NCBI GenBank assembly: GCA_040218735.1
Contig: JAVJQW010000012.1
Coordinates: 320,001 to 384,000 of the forward strand
DNA length: 64,000 nucleotides
DNA from: Deltaproteobacteria bacterium
Lineage (GTDB): Bacteria > Myxococcota > Kuafuiibacteriia > Kuafuiibacteriales > Kuafuiibacteriaceae
Direction of reading: 5' to 3'
Shown here: positions 28,337-36,492 of the stretch, piece by piece
How the letters are laid out: each line of letters begins with the position of its first letter
Position numbering within the stretch: position 1 is the stretch's first letter
The notes under the pieces: model-generated
The model's input: only the letters and a program-made list of their open reading frames with translations
The model's database searches: none
Told to the model about the DNA's origin: nothing
Program-made: the position numbers and the translations under genes

Positions 28337-29302
28337 GTGGAGAAGGCTCCCGACCCGTTTTCGTTGGCCCAACCGCCCCCGGATGTTATCCCCCGCCCCG
28401 CTTTGGCAGCGACCGCGCGCCCCTGGGCCCCGCTCCTCGAGTCCCTCGTCCGCTGCCCGTCGTGCGGCGCGAGCCTCCGCATCGACCCCGCGCCCGCGTG
28501 CGGGACATGCGGCTGGACCGGGCACGTCGTCGACGGCATCCCCGACTTCGTCGAGGCCGGGACGCTCGGCGCCTCGCACCACGCGGAGGTCGAGGCCCAG
28601 ACCGCCGCGGTCGACGCCTACTACGAAAACGAGCTGCGCCTGACCTGCCACTGGGACCGCCTCTCCTCCGACGACATCGCGGAGCGCCTCGACTGGCCCA
28701 CCGGCGTCGCGCTCGACCTCGGCTGCGGCACCGGCACCGCCGGCGCCGGGCTCGTGCGGCACGGGATGCGCGTCGTCGGCGCCGACCTCTCCCCGCCCTG
28801 CCTCGCCGTCGCAGCCCGTCGCCTCGACGCCGTGGTCCGCGTCGACGCCGCGAAGCTCCCGTTCGCCGACGCCTCGTTCGACGCCCTCGTTGCGCGCGGC
28901 GCGCTCCACCACATGAAGGATCCCCACGCGGTGATGCAGGAGGTCCGACGCGTCCTCAAACCCGGCGCCCCCGCGCTGTTCCTCGACCCGCGCGAGTACG
29001 CGTGGCTCGAGCCGATCAAGGACCGCCTCCGCGCGTCGGACGACTCCTTCACGCACGACCACCACGCCTACGACCCCGCCGCCTACGAGGCGTTGATCGG
29101 CAGCGCGCTCCGCGTCGACAAGGCCTGGAGCGAGCACCCCCTCGCGATCCTCGCGGCGCACGGCCTCGACCTGATTCCCATGCCCGGCTTCATCCGCCGG
29201 CGCCCCCTCACGCGCGCGCTCCTGGGCATCGATCGCGCGCTGAACCAGACGCCGCTCGGGGCGCTCGGCCACTTGCTGGTCGTCCGGGCCACCCGCGTGT
29301 AA
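28337..29302 (+). CDS. Class I SAM-dependent methyltransferase with N-terminal Trm112-like Zn ribbon
   Basis: CPSC...CGTC...DGIPDF; LDLGCGTG; LPFADASFD; RVLKPG. Confidence 0.88.
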   Translation: MEKAPDPFSLAQPPPDVIPRPALAATARPWAPLLESLVRCPSCGASLRIDPAPACGTCGWTGHVVDGIPDFVEAGTLGASHHAEVEAQTAAVDAYYENELRLTCHWDRLSSDDIAERLDWPTGVALDLGCGTGTAGAGLVRHGMRVVGADLSPPCLAVAARRLDAVVRVDAAKLPFADASFDALVARGALHHMKDPHAVMQEVRRVLKPGAPALFLDPREYAWLEPIKDRLRASDDSFTHDHHAYDPAAYEALIGSALRVDKAWSEHPLAILAAHGLDLIPMPGFIRRRPLTRALLGIDRALNQTPLGALGHLLVVRATRV

Positions 29303-29315
29303 TCGTCCGAAACGG

Positions 29316-30287
29316 ATGGAGCTCGAGGAGGCACTCGCGAAGAGCGGCTTGCCCGTCGGGGCGATCGTCCTCGTCTTCGGTTTACTCGTCGGCTCGTTCC
29401 TCAACGTCGTCATCGCGCGGCTGCCGTACGGCGAGAGCGTCGTCCACCCGCGGTCGCGCTGCCCGAAGTGCGAGACGCTGATCGCCGCGTGGTGGAACAT
29501 CCCCGTGATCAGCTGGATCGTCCTCCGCGGTAAATGCGCGACGTGCAAGGCGCCGATCGACGCGCGCTACCCCGCGGTCGAGCTGTTGACCGGCGTGCTC
29601 TTCCTCGCGTGTTACCAACGCTACGGGCTCTCGCTCGCGCTCCTCACGAGCCTTCTCCTCACCGGGAACCTCGTCGCGATCACGTTCATCGACATCGACC
29701 TCTTCGAGATCCCGGACGAGATCGTCCTCCCCGGCATCTTCTTCGGCATGATCCTGAGGCCCCTCGCCTTCGACGTCCCGTACTACAGCGGCCTCCTCGG
29801 CGCCGTCGTCGGCGGCGCCTCGCTCCTGTCGATCCGCTTCTTCTACTACCTGATCCGTGGTCGCGAAGGCCTGGGCCTCGGCGACCCCAAGCTCTTCGCG
29901 ATGATCGGCGCATTCTCGGGCGTCACCGCGCTGATCCCCGTCCTGCTGATCGCGTCGATCTCCGGCTCGGTCGTCGGCATCGTCGTCCACCTGTTCGACC
30001 GAGGCCCCGAGAACGAAGAGGAGGCGAAGCGCGAAGAAGAAGCGCTCCCGCCCGAAGAGATCCCCCCCGACGGCTTCTTCGCGCGCTTCGGCTGGTCCCT
30101 CCGCATGACCTTCTTCCCGCCTCCCCTCCCCTTCGAAGGCTTCGAGGACGAAGACAGTGAGGAACCCGGCTGGGACCCGCCCCGAGGCGCCATCCCCTTC
30201 GGGCCGTTCCTCGCCCTCGGCGCCTTCGCCAACCTTTTGTTCGGACCGACGTTCCAGCGCATCCTGTTCGGCGTAGGTCTGATCTGA
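29316..30287 (+). CDS. pilD: Prepilin peptidase/N-methyltransferase
   Basis: GSFLNVVIARLP, CPKC...CATC, IDIDLFEIPD, GLGDPK, IPFGPFL. Confidence 0.95.
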   Translation: MELEEALAKSGLPVGAIVLVFGLLVGSFLNVVIARLPYGESVVHPRSRCPKCETLIAAWWNIPVISWIVLRGKCATCKAPIDARYPAVELLTGVLFLACYQRYGLSLALLTSLLLTGNLVAITFIDIDLFEIPDEIVLPGIFFGMILRPLAFDVPYYSGLLGAVVGGASLLSIRFFYYLIRGREGLGLGDPKLFAMIGAFSGVTALIPVLLIASISGSVVGIVVHLFDRGPENEEEAKREEEALPPEEIPPDGFFARFGWSLRMTFFPPPLPFEGFEDEDSEEPGWDPPRGAIPFGPFLALGAFANLLFGPTFQRILFGVGLI

Positions 30288-30289
30288 CG

Positions 30290-31675
30290 TTGAAGCGCAA
30301 AGTCAGCATCCGCCAGCCGCTCGTGCTGTACGCGATGGTCTTCGTGTTCCTTGCGGCCCTGACCGCGACCACGATCGCGAGCCTCGCCCTCGTCCGCGGC
30401 GCGCGCCGCGCCTACCAACGCGCAGCGACGGAGCAGCTCCGCACGAGTGTCTCGCAGAGCAGCGTCATGGCCGTGCAGCACCTCGTGGCCACGCGCGACC
30501 TCGGCTCCGAGATGGAGCTCGGCCTCGTCACCACCTCGACCCCCGCGCTCGGCATCGACATCAGCGACGCGCGCGCCGCGACGACCGGCGGCCGACCGAT
30601 CGAAGGTTACGCGATCGTCCGCATCTCGACGCCCGGCGAAGAGGCCTACGCCATCGCGCGCCTCGACAGCTCGATCGCGACCTCGATCGCGTTCGTCGAA
30701 GTGAGCCGGATGATCCCGCTCATCCTCATGACCGCGCTCGCGATCGCCGCCATCCTCGCGTTCATGGTGAGCCGCCTGCTGCTCCCGTCGCTCGACGCGC
30801 TCGGGCAGGTCGCCGCCGCGACGAACGAAGAAGAGACCGAAGACCTCACGCGGAGTGAGACGCCGAACGAGATCATGGAGGTCGCGCAGAAGTTCCGCTC
30901 GACCGTGCGCAAGCTGAACGAGGAGCGCAAACGCATCGAGGAGCAGAAGGACGATCTCGCCCGCATGCAGGAGAGCCTCGTCCGCGCGTCGAAGCTCGCG
31001 AGCGTCGGGCGCCTCGCGGCCGGCGTCGCGCACGAGATCGGCAACCCGCTCGCCGCCGTGCGCGGCTACCTCTCGCTGCTCAAGGGCGGCCTCGAGCCGG
31101 AGATAGAGCAGGACGTCCTCGAACGCAGCGTCCGCGAGCTCGACCGCATCAACGGCACGATCCGCAAGCTCCTCACCTACGCACGCCAGGGTGAGCAGAG
31201 CGACGAGCCCGTCGCGCCGTTCGCGACCGACACGGTGATCGACGACGCCCTCGCGCTCGTCGCCGGCCACCCCGCGCTCCGCAACGTGTTGTTCGATCGC
31301 CCGGACACCGACGAACGACTCGACGCCAAAGGCCACGCGGGCCGCCTGCACCAGGTGCTCGTGAATCTGCTCCTCAACGCCGGGCAGGCGCTCGGCGAAG
31401 ATCCGGACGCCTACGTCCGCGTCACGCGCGAGCGCACCGACGACTACGTGCAGATCGCCGTCGTCGACAACGGGCCCGGTGTCGACGCGGAGCTCGGCGA
31501 CGCGATCTTCGATCCGTTCACGACGACGAAGGACCCCGGCGAAGGTACAGGCCTCGGCCTCGCCGTGTCGCGCGCCCTGATGGAAGCGATGGACGGCGAC
31601 CTCGTGCTCGACGCCGAGCACACCGGCGGCGCGCGTTTCGTGGTTCGGGTGCCGCGGTTGCGCGACGTCGAATGA
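30290..31675 (+). CDS. pilS2: Sensor histidine kinase (PilS2-like by position)
   Basis: 2 TM + HAMP-like region, AHEIGNPL, NLLLNA, DNGPG, GTGLGL; lies between pilD and pilM as in Myxococcus. Confidence 0.85.
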   Translation: MKRKVSIRQPLVLYAMVFVFLAALTATTIASLALVRGARRAYQRAATEQLRTSVSQSSVMAVQHLVATRDLGSEMELGLVTTSTPALGIDISDARAATTGGRPIEGYAIVRISTPGEEAYAIARLDSSIATSIAFVEVSRMIPLILMTALAIAAILAFMVSRLLLPSLDALGQVAAATNEEETEDLTRSETPNEIMEVAQKFRSTVRKLNEERKRIEEQKDDLARMQESLVRASKLASVGRLAAGVAHEIGNPLAAVRGYLSLLKGGLEPEIEQDVLERSVRELDRINGTIRKLLTYARQGEQSDEPVAPFATDTVIDDALALVAGHPALRNVLFDRPDTDERLDAKGHAGRLHQVLVNLLLNAGQALGEDPDAYVRVTRERTDDYVQIAVVDNGPGVDAELGDAIFDPFTTTKDPGEGTGLGLAVSRALMEAMDGDLVLDAEHTGGARFVVRVPRLRDVE

Positions 31676-31694
31676 CTGCTACAGTGCGCGGACC

Positions 31695-33107
31695 TTGTCC
31701 GCGACACGCGTCCTCGTGGTCGACGACGAAGAGAGTCTGAGGCACATGCTGAGCCTCGTCCTCTCGAAGGACGGCTACCATGTCTTCACCGCCGGCTCGG
31801 CGAACGAAGCGCTGGACATCCTCAAGTCGTCTCAGCCCTTCGACATCTGCTTGTCGGACGTGCGGATGCCCGGGATGGACGGCCTCACGTTCATCGAGAC
31901 CGGCGTGACGCTCGGCGATCGCGCGCCGACCTTCCTCGCGATGAGCGCGTACGGCGACGAGAAGCTCGCGGTGGAGGCGCTGCGGCGTGGTGCGTTCGAC
32001 TACGTCAGCAAGCCGTTCGAGCCCGACGAGATCAGCCTGAAGCTGCGGCTGGTCGTCGAGAAGCGGCGCCAGGCGAGCGGCGCGGCGGAGCGCGCGACGG
32101 ACGACCCGCTCAAGAAGGGACGGGAGGGCGGCAAGCAGCCGAAGGGTCTCGACGAGATCGTCTCGGTCGCGCCCGCGATGAAGAAGATCTTCCGCGTCGT
32201 GACGAAGGTCGCGAGCTTCCCGACCACCGTCCTGATCACCGGTGAGACGGGCACCGGCAAGGAGCGCATCGCGGGGGCGATCCACCGCGAGGGCAACCGG
32301 GCGAACCGCCCGTTCGTGGCCATCAACTGCGGCGCGATCCCGGCCAACCTGCTCGAGAGCGAGCTGTTCGGGTACGTGAAGGGCGCGTTCACGGACGCGC
32401 AGCAGGATCGGGAGGGCCTCTTCGAGACCGCGACGGGCGGCACGCTGTTCTTGGACGAGATCGCGGAGCTGCCGCTGCAGCTGCAGGTGAAGCTGCTGCG
32501 CGCGCTGGTCGAAAAGGAGATCCGCCGCGTCGGTGCCACGGAGACGATCCCGGTGGACGTGCGCGTGGTCGCCGCCACCGCGCGCCCGCTCAAGGACCTC
32601 GTGAAGGACGGCGGGTTTCGGGAGGACCTGTTCTACCGGCTGAACGTGGTCTCCATACATCTACCCCCGCTGCGCGAGCGCGCGGAGGACATCCCGCACC
32701 TGGTTCAGCACTTCGTGAAGACGGTGGCGGGGCGCCTGGGGCTCGCCAACCCGGAGATCACGGACGAGGCGATGAACATCCTCACGGGCTACGGCTGGCC
32801 GGGGAACGTGCGCGAGCTCGAAAACGCGATCGAGCGGGCGTTGGTCCTCTCTGACGGAGACGGGCGGATCACGGCGCTGGACCTGGACGACCGCTTCGAG
32901 CCGTCGGAGGGCCCAGCGGCCCCCACCGCGAGCATCGCCATCCCGGAGGACGAGCTGTCGTTGAAGGTGGTCCTCCCGCGGGTGGAGCGGACACTGATCG
33001 AGCGGGCGCTCCAGGAGACCGGCGGGAACCGCACCAAGGCCGCGACCCTCCTCGGGATCAGCCACCGCGCGCTCCTGTACAAGCTGAAAGAGCACGGGAT
33101 CTCCTGA
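31695..33107 (+). CDS. pilR2: Sigma54-dependent response regulator (PilR2-like)
   Basis: REC domain, GETGTGKE, GAFTDA, WPGNVREL, Fis-type HTH. Confidence 0.9.
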   Translation: MSATRVLVVDDEESLRHMLSLVLSKDGYHVFTAGSANEALDILKSSQPFDICLSDVRMPGMDGLTFIETGVTLGDRAPTFLAMSAYGDEKLAVEALRRGAFDYVSKPFEPDEISLKLRLVVEKRRQASGAAERATDDPLKKGREGGKQPKGLDEIVSVAPAMKKIFRVVTKVASFPTTVLITGETGTGKERIAGAIHREGNRANRPFVAINCGAIPANLLESELFGYVKGAFTDAQQDREGLFETATGGTLFLDEIAELPLQLQVKLLRALVEKEIRRVGATETIPVDVRVVAATARPLKDLVKDGGFREDLFYRLNVVSIHLPPLRERAEDIPHLVQHFVKTVAGRLGLANPEITDEAMNILTGYGWPGNVRELENAIERALVLSDGDGRITALDLDDRFEPSEGPAAPTASIAIPEDELSLKVVLPRVERTLIERALQETGGNRTKAATLLGISHRALLYKLKEHGIS

Positions 33108-33140
33108 ACTTTTCGCACGCTGGCGGGAATTTTCACCGAA

Positions 33141-33240
33141 GTGATCCACAGAACCACATCACAGACCTATCAATGACCTATAATGATGCATCATTTCGAG
33201 CGGCCGAAACCTTGACGTCCGATTCGGGGCGGTCGATCAT
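33141..33240 (+). promoter_or_regulatory. Promoter/operator region of the HTH-pilMNOPQ operon
   Basis: AT-richer segment containing GTGAT-N12-ATCAC (33141-33162), TATAAT (33179-33184), perfect palindrome AATGATGCATCATT (33182-33195), and TTGACG-N17-GATCAT (33212-33240). Confidence 0.55.
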
Positions 33241-33287
33241 CGCCTTCCGTCCCGGACTCTCGGTCCGCGGGGCGGGGTGCATCGCGT

Positions 33288-33581
33288 ATGAAACGGCGTA
33301 AACGGATCCCGAACAACGTCCGCGCCCTTCGCGAGGAGATCCTCCTGTCGAAGGCAGAGCTCGCCCGCAAGGCGGGGGTGTCGCCGTTGACCGTGGACCG
33401 GATCGAGAACGGCGCGGACTGTCGCGTCGACACAAAACGGAAGATCATCCTCGCCCTCGGCAAGAAGCTCGAAGAGAAGGCCGAGGTGTTCCCGGTGCTC
33501 GCCACCAACGACCAAGACACGGACCGCGTCACGAAGGACGAGGTCGTCGCCGCCATCAAGGCGAAGAACAAGGAAGGTTAG
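33288..33581 (+). CDS. XRE-family HTH transcriptional regulator
   Basis: NNVRALREEILLSKAELARKAGVSPLTVDRIENG. Confidence 0.88.
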   Translation: MKRRKRIPNNVRALREEILLSKAELARKAGVSPLTVDRIENGADCRVDTKRKIILALGKKLEEKAEVFPVLATNDQDTDRVTKDEVVAAIKAKNKEG

Positions 33582-33584
33582 ACG

Positions 33585-34649
33585 ATGGCCAAGGGCAAGC
33601 TCGCAGTGGGATTGGACATCGGGTCGGGCTCGGTGAAGCTGTGTCACCTCAAGCCGGCCAAGCGCGGCAACTACCAGCTCCAGTCCTTCGGGATGGTGCA
33701 GCTGCCGCCGGAGGCGATCGTCGATGGCGCGCTGATGAACTCGACCGCCGTGGTCGACGCCGTGCAGGAGCTGTTCGCTTCGCAGAAGATTCGCCACAAG
33801 GAGGTCGCCACGTCGGTCTCCGGGCACTCGGTCATCATCAAGAAGATCAACCTCCCGCAGATGACCCCCGAGGAGCTCGAGGAGTCGATTCAGTGGGAGG
33901 CCGAGCAGTACATCCCGTTCGACATCAACGACGTGAACATCGACGTCCAGATCCTCAACACCGAGTCCACGCAGGCCGGTCAGATGGACGTCCTGCTCGT
34001 CGCGGCGAAGAAGGACATGGTCAACGACTACACCGAGGTCATCGCGAGCGCGGGGCTCACGCCGGTGGTCGTCGACATCGACGCGTTCGCCGTCCAGAAC
34101 CAGTTCGAGATCAACTACGAGGTGCCGCGCTCCGAGACGGTCGTCCTCGTGAACATCGGCGCCGCCGTCACGAACATCAACGTGCTCGCGAACGGCGTCT
34201 CGACCTTCACGCGTGACATCTCGATCGGCGGCGGGCAGTTCACCGACGCCGTCCAGAAGGCGCTCAACGTCAGCTACGACGAGGCCGAGGCCCTCAAGCT
34301 CGGCGGCGGCGGGCCGGACAGCGACGCCGTCGTCCCGCAGGAGGTCGAGCGCGTCCTGCAGACCGAGTCCGAGTCCATCGCGAACGAGATTCAGCGATCG
34401 CTCGACTTCTACGCGGCCACCTCGGCGGACGCGCACATCGCGCGCATCTTCCTGTCGGGCGGCTCATCGCGTATCCCGGCGCTCGTGAAGACGATCGAGA
34501 ACCGCACCGGGGTCCCGGTCGAGGTGCTGAACCCGTTCCGGAACATCGACATCAGCTCGGGTCGCTTCGACCCCGAGTACCTGCAGAGCGTCGCGCCGAT
34601 GGCGGCCGTCGCGATGGGGCTGGCGCTCCGCTTCCCGGCGGACAAGTGA
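33585..34649 (+). CDS. pilM: Type IV pilus assembly protein PilM
   Basis: VGLDIGSGSVK, QWEAEQYIPF, VLLVAAKK, LSGGSS (actin-like fold). Confidence 0.97.
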   Translation: MAKGKLAVGLDIGSGSVKLCHLKPAKRGNYQLQSFGMVQLPPEAIVDGALMNSTAVVDAVQELFASQKIRHKEVATSVSGHSVIIKKINLPQMTPEELEESIQWEAEQYIPFDINDVNIDVQILNTESTQAGQMDVLLVAAKKDMVNDYTEVIASAGLTPVVVDIDAFAVQNQFEINYEVPRSETVVLVNIGAAVTNINVLANGVSTFTRDISIGGGQFTDAVQKALNVSYDEAEALKLGGGGPDSDAVVPQEVERVLQTESESIANEIQRSLDFYAATSADAHIARIFLSGGSSRIPALVKTIENRTGVPVEVLNPFRNIDISSGRFDPEYLQSVAPMAAVAMGLALRFPADK

Positions 34650-34671
34650 GAGGACAGATAGGGGTCGAACG

Positions 34672-35223
34672 ATGATTCGCATCAACCTACTTCCCATCCG
34701 GCAGACGCAGAAGCGTCAGACGGTGCAGCAGCAGCTGTTGGTCGGCGCCTTGGTCGTCATGGCCACGATCATCGGCTGCATCGTCTGGATCGCCGTCGTC
34801 TCCAGCGCGGTCTCCGACCGCGAGGAGCAGATCAAGACGAAGCAGAGCGAGCTCGCTCAGCTCGACAAGATCATCGGCGAGGTCAACGAGTTCACTTCGA
34901 AGAAGAAGGAGCTCGAGGAGAAGCTCGAGATCATCGAGAAGCTCCGCAAGGGCAAGACGGGCCCGGTGAAGGCGCTCGACGATCTCGCGACGGAGATCCC
35001 GAATCGCGTCTGGATCACCGAGATGGCGGAAGCCGGCGGCTCGGTGAAGCTCAAGGGCAACGCGATCGACCACGAGGACGTGTCGGCGTTCATGAAGGCG
35101 CTGCAGAAGTCCAAGTACTTCTCGAACGTCGTGCTCGTGTTCTCGAAGTCCTCCACGGACAAGAAGTCGAACGCGACGCTGTACGAATTCGAGATCGCCT
35201 GCTCGGTGAACTACTCGGCCTGA
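34672..35223 (+). CDS. pilN: Type IV pilus assembly protein PilN
   Basis: MIRINLLP motif, TM, coiled coil. Confidence 0.96.
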   Translation: MIRINLLPIRQTQKRQTVQQQLLVGALVVMATIIGCIVWIAVVSSAVSDREEQIKTKQSELAQLDKIIGEVNEFTSKKKELEEKLEIIEKLRKGKTGPVKALDDLATEIPNRVWITEMAEAGGSVKLKGNAIDHEDVSAFMKALQKSKYFSNVVLVFSKSSTDKKSNATLYEFEIACSVNYSA

Positions 35224-35238
35224 GGAGAGAGGGACGTC

Positions 35239-35850
35239 ATGGACGAAGTCATTGCCAGGATCTCCAAAGTCCCGATCGCGCAGCGCATCGCCATCTTGGC
35301 GGCTGCGCTGACGCTGATCGTCGCGTTGGTGTTCTTCATCGTCATCACCCCGAAGCACGAGAAGATCGACCAGCTGGACGGCCGCATCAAACAGATCGAT
35401 GCGCAGCTCGTGAGGAAGCGCGCGATCGCGCGAAACCTGTCGCGCTACCGCGTCGAGGTCGAGCGGTTGAAGCAGCGCCTCAACGAGGCGCTCACGCTGC
35501 TGCCGAACGACGCCGAGATTCCGGAGCTGCTCCAGAAGATCGCCGCGCTCGTCGAGCAGTCGGACTGCGAGATGTCCGAGTTCCAGCCGCAGGGTGAGCA
35601 GGTCCAGGGCTTCTACGCCCGGATCCCGGTGAAGATGAACATCACCGGCAACTACCACTCGATCGCGGTCTTCTTCGACAAGGTCTCGAAGCTTGCGCGT
35701 ATCGTGAACATCCAGGACATCAAGCTCCAGAAGCCCAAGCTGGAGAACAAGAAGGTCGTCCTGGGCGCCAACTTCACCGCGACGACGTTCAAGTTCGTGG
35801 AGAAGAAGGCCGGCGCCGAGCAATCGACCGGGTTCAAGGGAGGCAAGTGA
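35239..35850 (+). CDS. pilO: Type IV pilus assembly protein PilO
   Basis: LPNDAEIPELL, FYARIPV, GNYH, RIVNI. Confidence 0.96.
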   Translation: MDEVIARISKVPIAQRIAILAAALTLIVALVFFIVITPKHEKIDQLDGRIKQIDAQLVRKRAIARNLSRYRVEVERLKQRLNEALTLLPNDAEIPELLQKIAALVEQSDCEMSEFQPQGEQVQGFYARIPVKMNITGNYHSIAVFFDKVSKLARIVNIQDIKLQKPKLENKKVVLGANFTATTFKFVEKKAGAEQSTGFKGGK

Positions 35851-36449
35851 GCACCATGAAACGGACTGGACACTTCATGGTCGTGTTCGCGGCGGCCGGG
35901 CTGATGCTCGCAGGCTGCGAAGACGACGCGCCGCCTGCCAAGGCGCCGCCCTCCAACGCCAAGAAGGGGCTCGGCGTCCTCACCAAGGGGAGCGCCGCGG
36001 ACCCTGCTAAGCCCGCGGCGGACACGCCGCCGCCACCGCCGCCGCCCGCCGCGGCCGCCGGGGAGGGAGGCGAGGAAGACGTCTCCGAGATCGCGTACGC
36101 GTACTCGCCCATCGGCAAGCGCGACCCCTTCCGTTCGTTGTTCGACCAGCTACAGCGCGAAGAGCAGACGCAGCAGCTGACCGAGCTTCAGAAGTTCGAG
36201 CTGGATCAGCTCAAGTTGGTCGCGATCGTGTCACGTATCGCGACGCCGTACGCGATGGTCGAGGACCCGGACTCCAAGGGCCATACGCTGACGCGCGGCA
36301 CGTTGATCGGGAAGAACTGGGGGCGTGTCGCCCAGATCAACCCCGACTGTGTCGTCATCCGTGAAGAGTACCGCGACTACACGGGTCGCAAAGTCACCAA
36401 CAAGAGCTCCATGTGTCTGCCCAAACCGGACGAGCTAAAAATTGACTGA
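35847..36449 (+). CDS. pilP: Type IV pilus lipoprotein PilP
   Basis: Lipobox LAGC, YSPIGKRDPF, IGKNWGRV. Confidence 0.95.
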   Translation: MSTMKRTGHFMVVFAAAGLMLAGCEDDAPPAKAPPSNAKKGLGVLTKGSAADPAKPAADTPPPPPPPAAAAGEGGEEDVSEIAYAYSPIGKRDPFRSLFDQLQREEQTQQLTELQKFELDQLKLVAIVSRIATPYAMVEDPDSKGHTLTRGTLIGKNWGRVAQINPDCVVIREEYRDYTGRKVTNKSSMCLPKPDELKID

Positions 36450-36492
36450 GACGAAGACTATGCGACGTTTCCTGAGGAGAGGGACTGCCCAG

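Noticed and set aside
33121-33135. TGGCGGGAATTTTCA as sigma54 promoter
   Set aside because: Lacks the -12 GC at the required spacing
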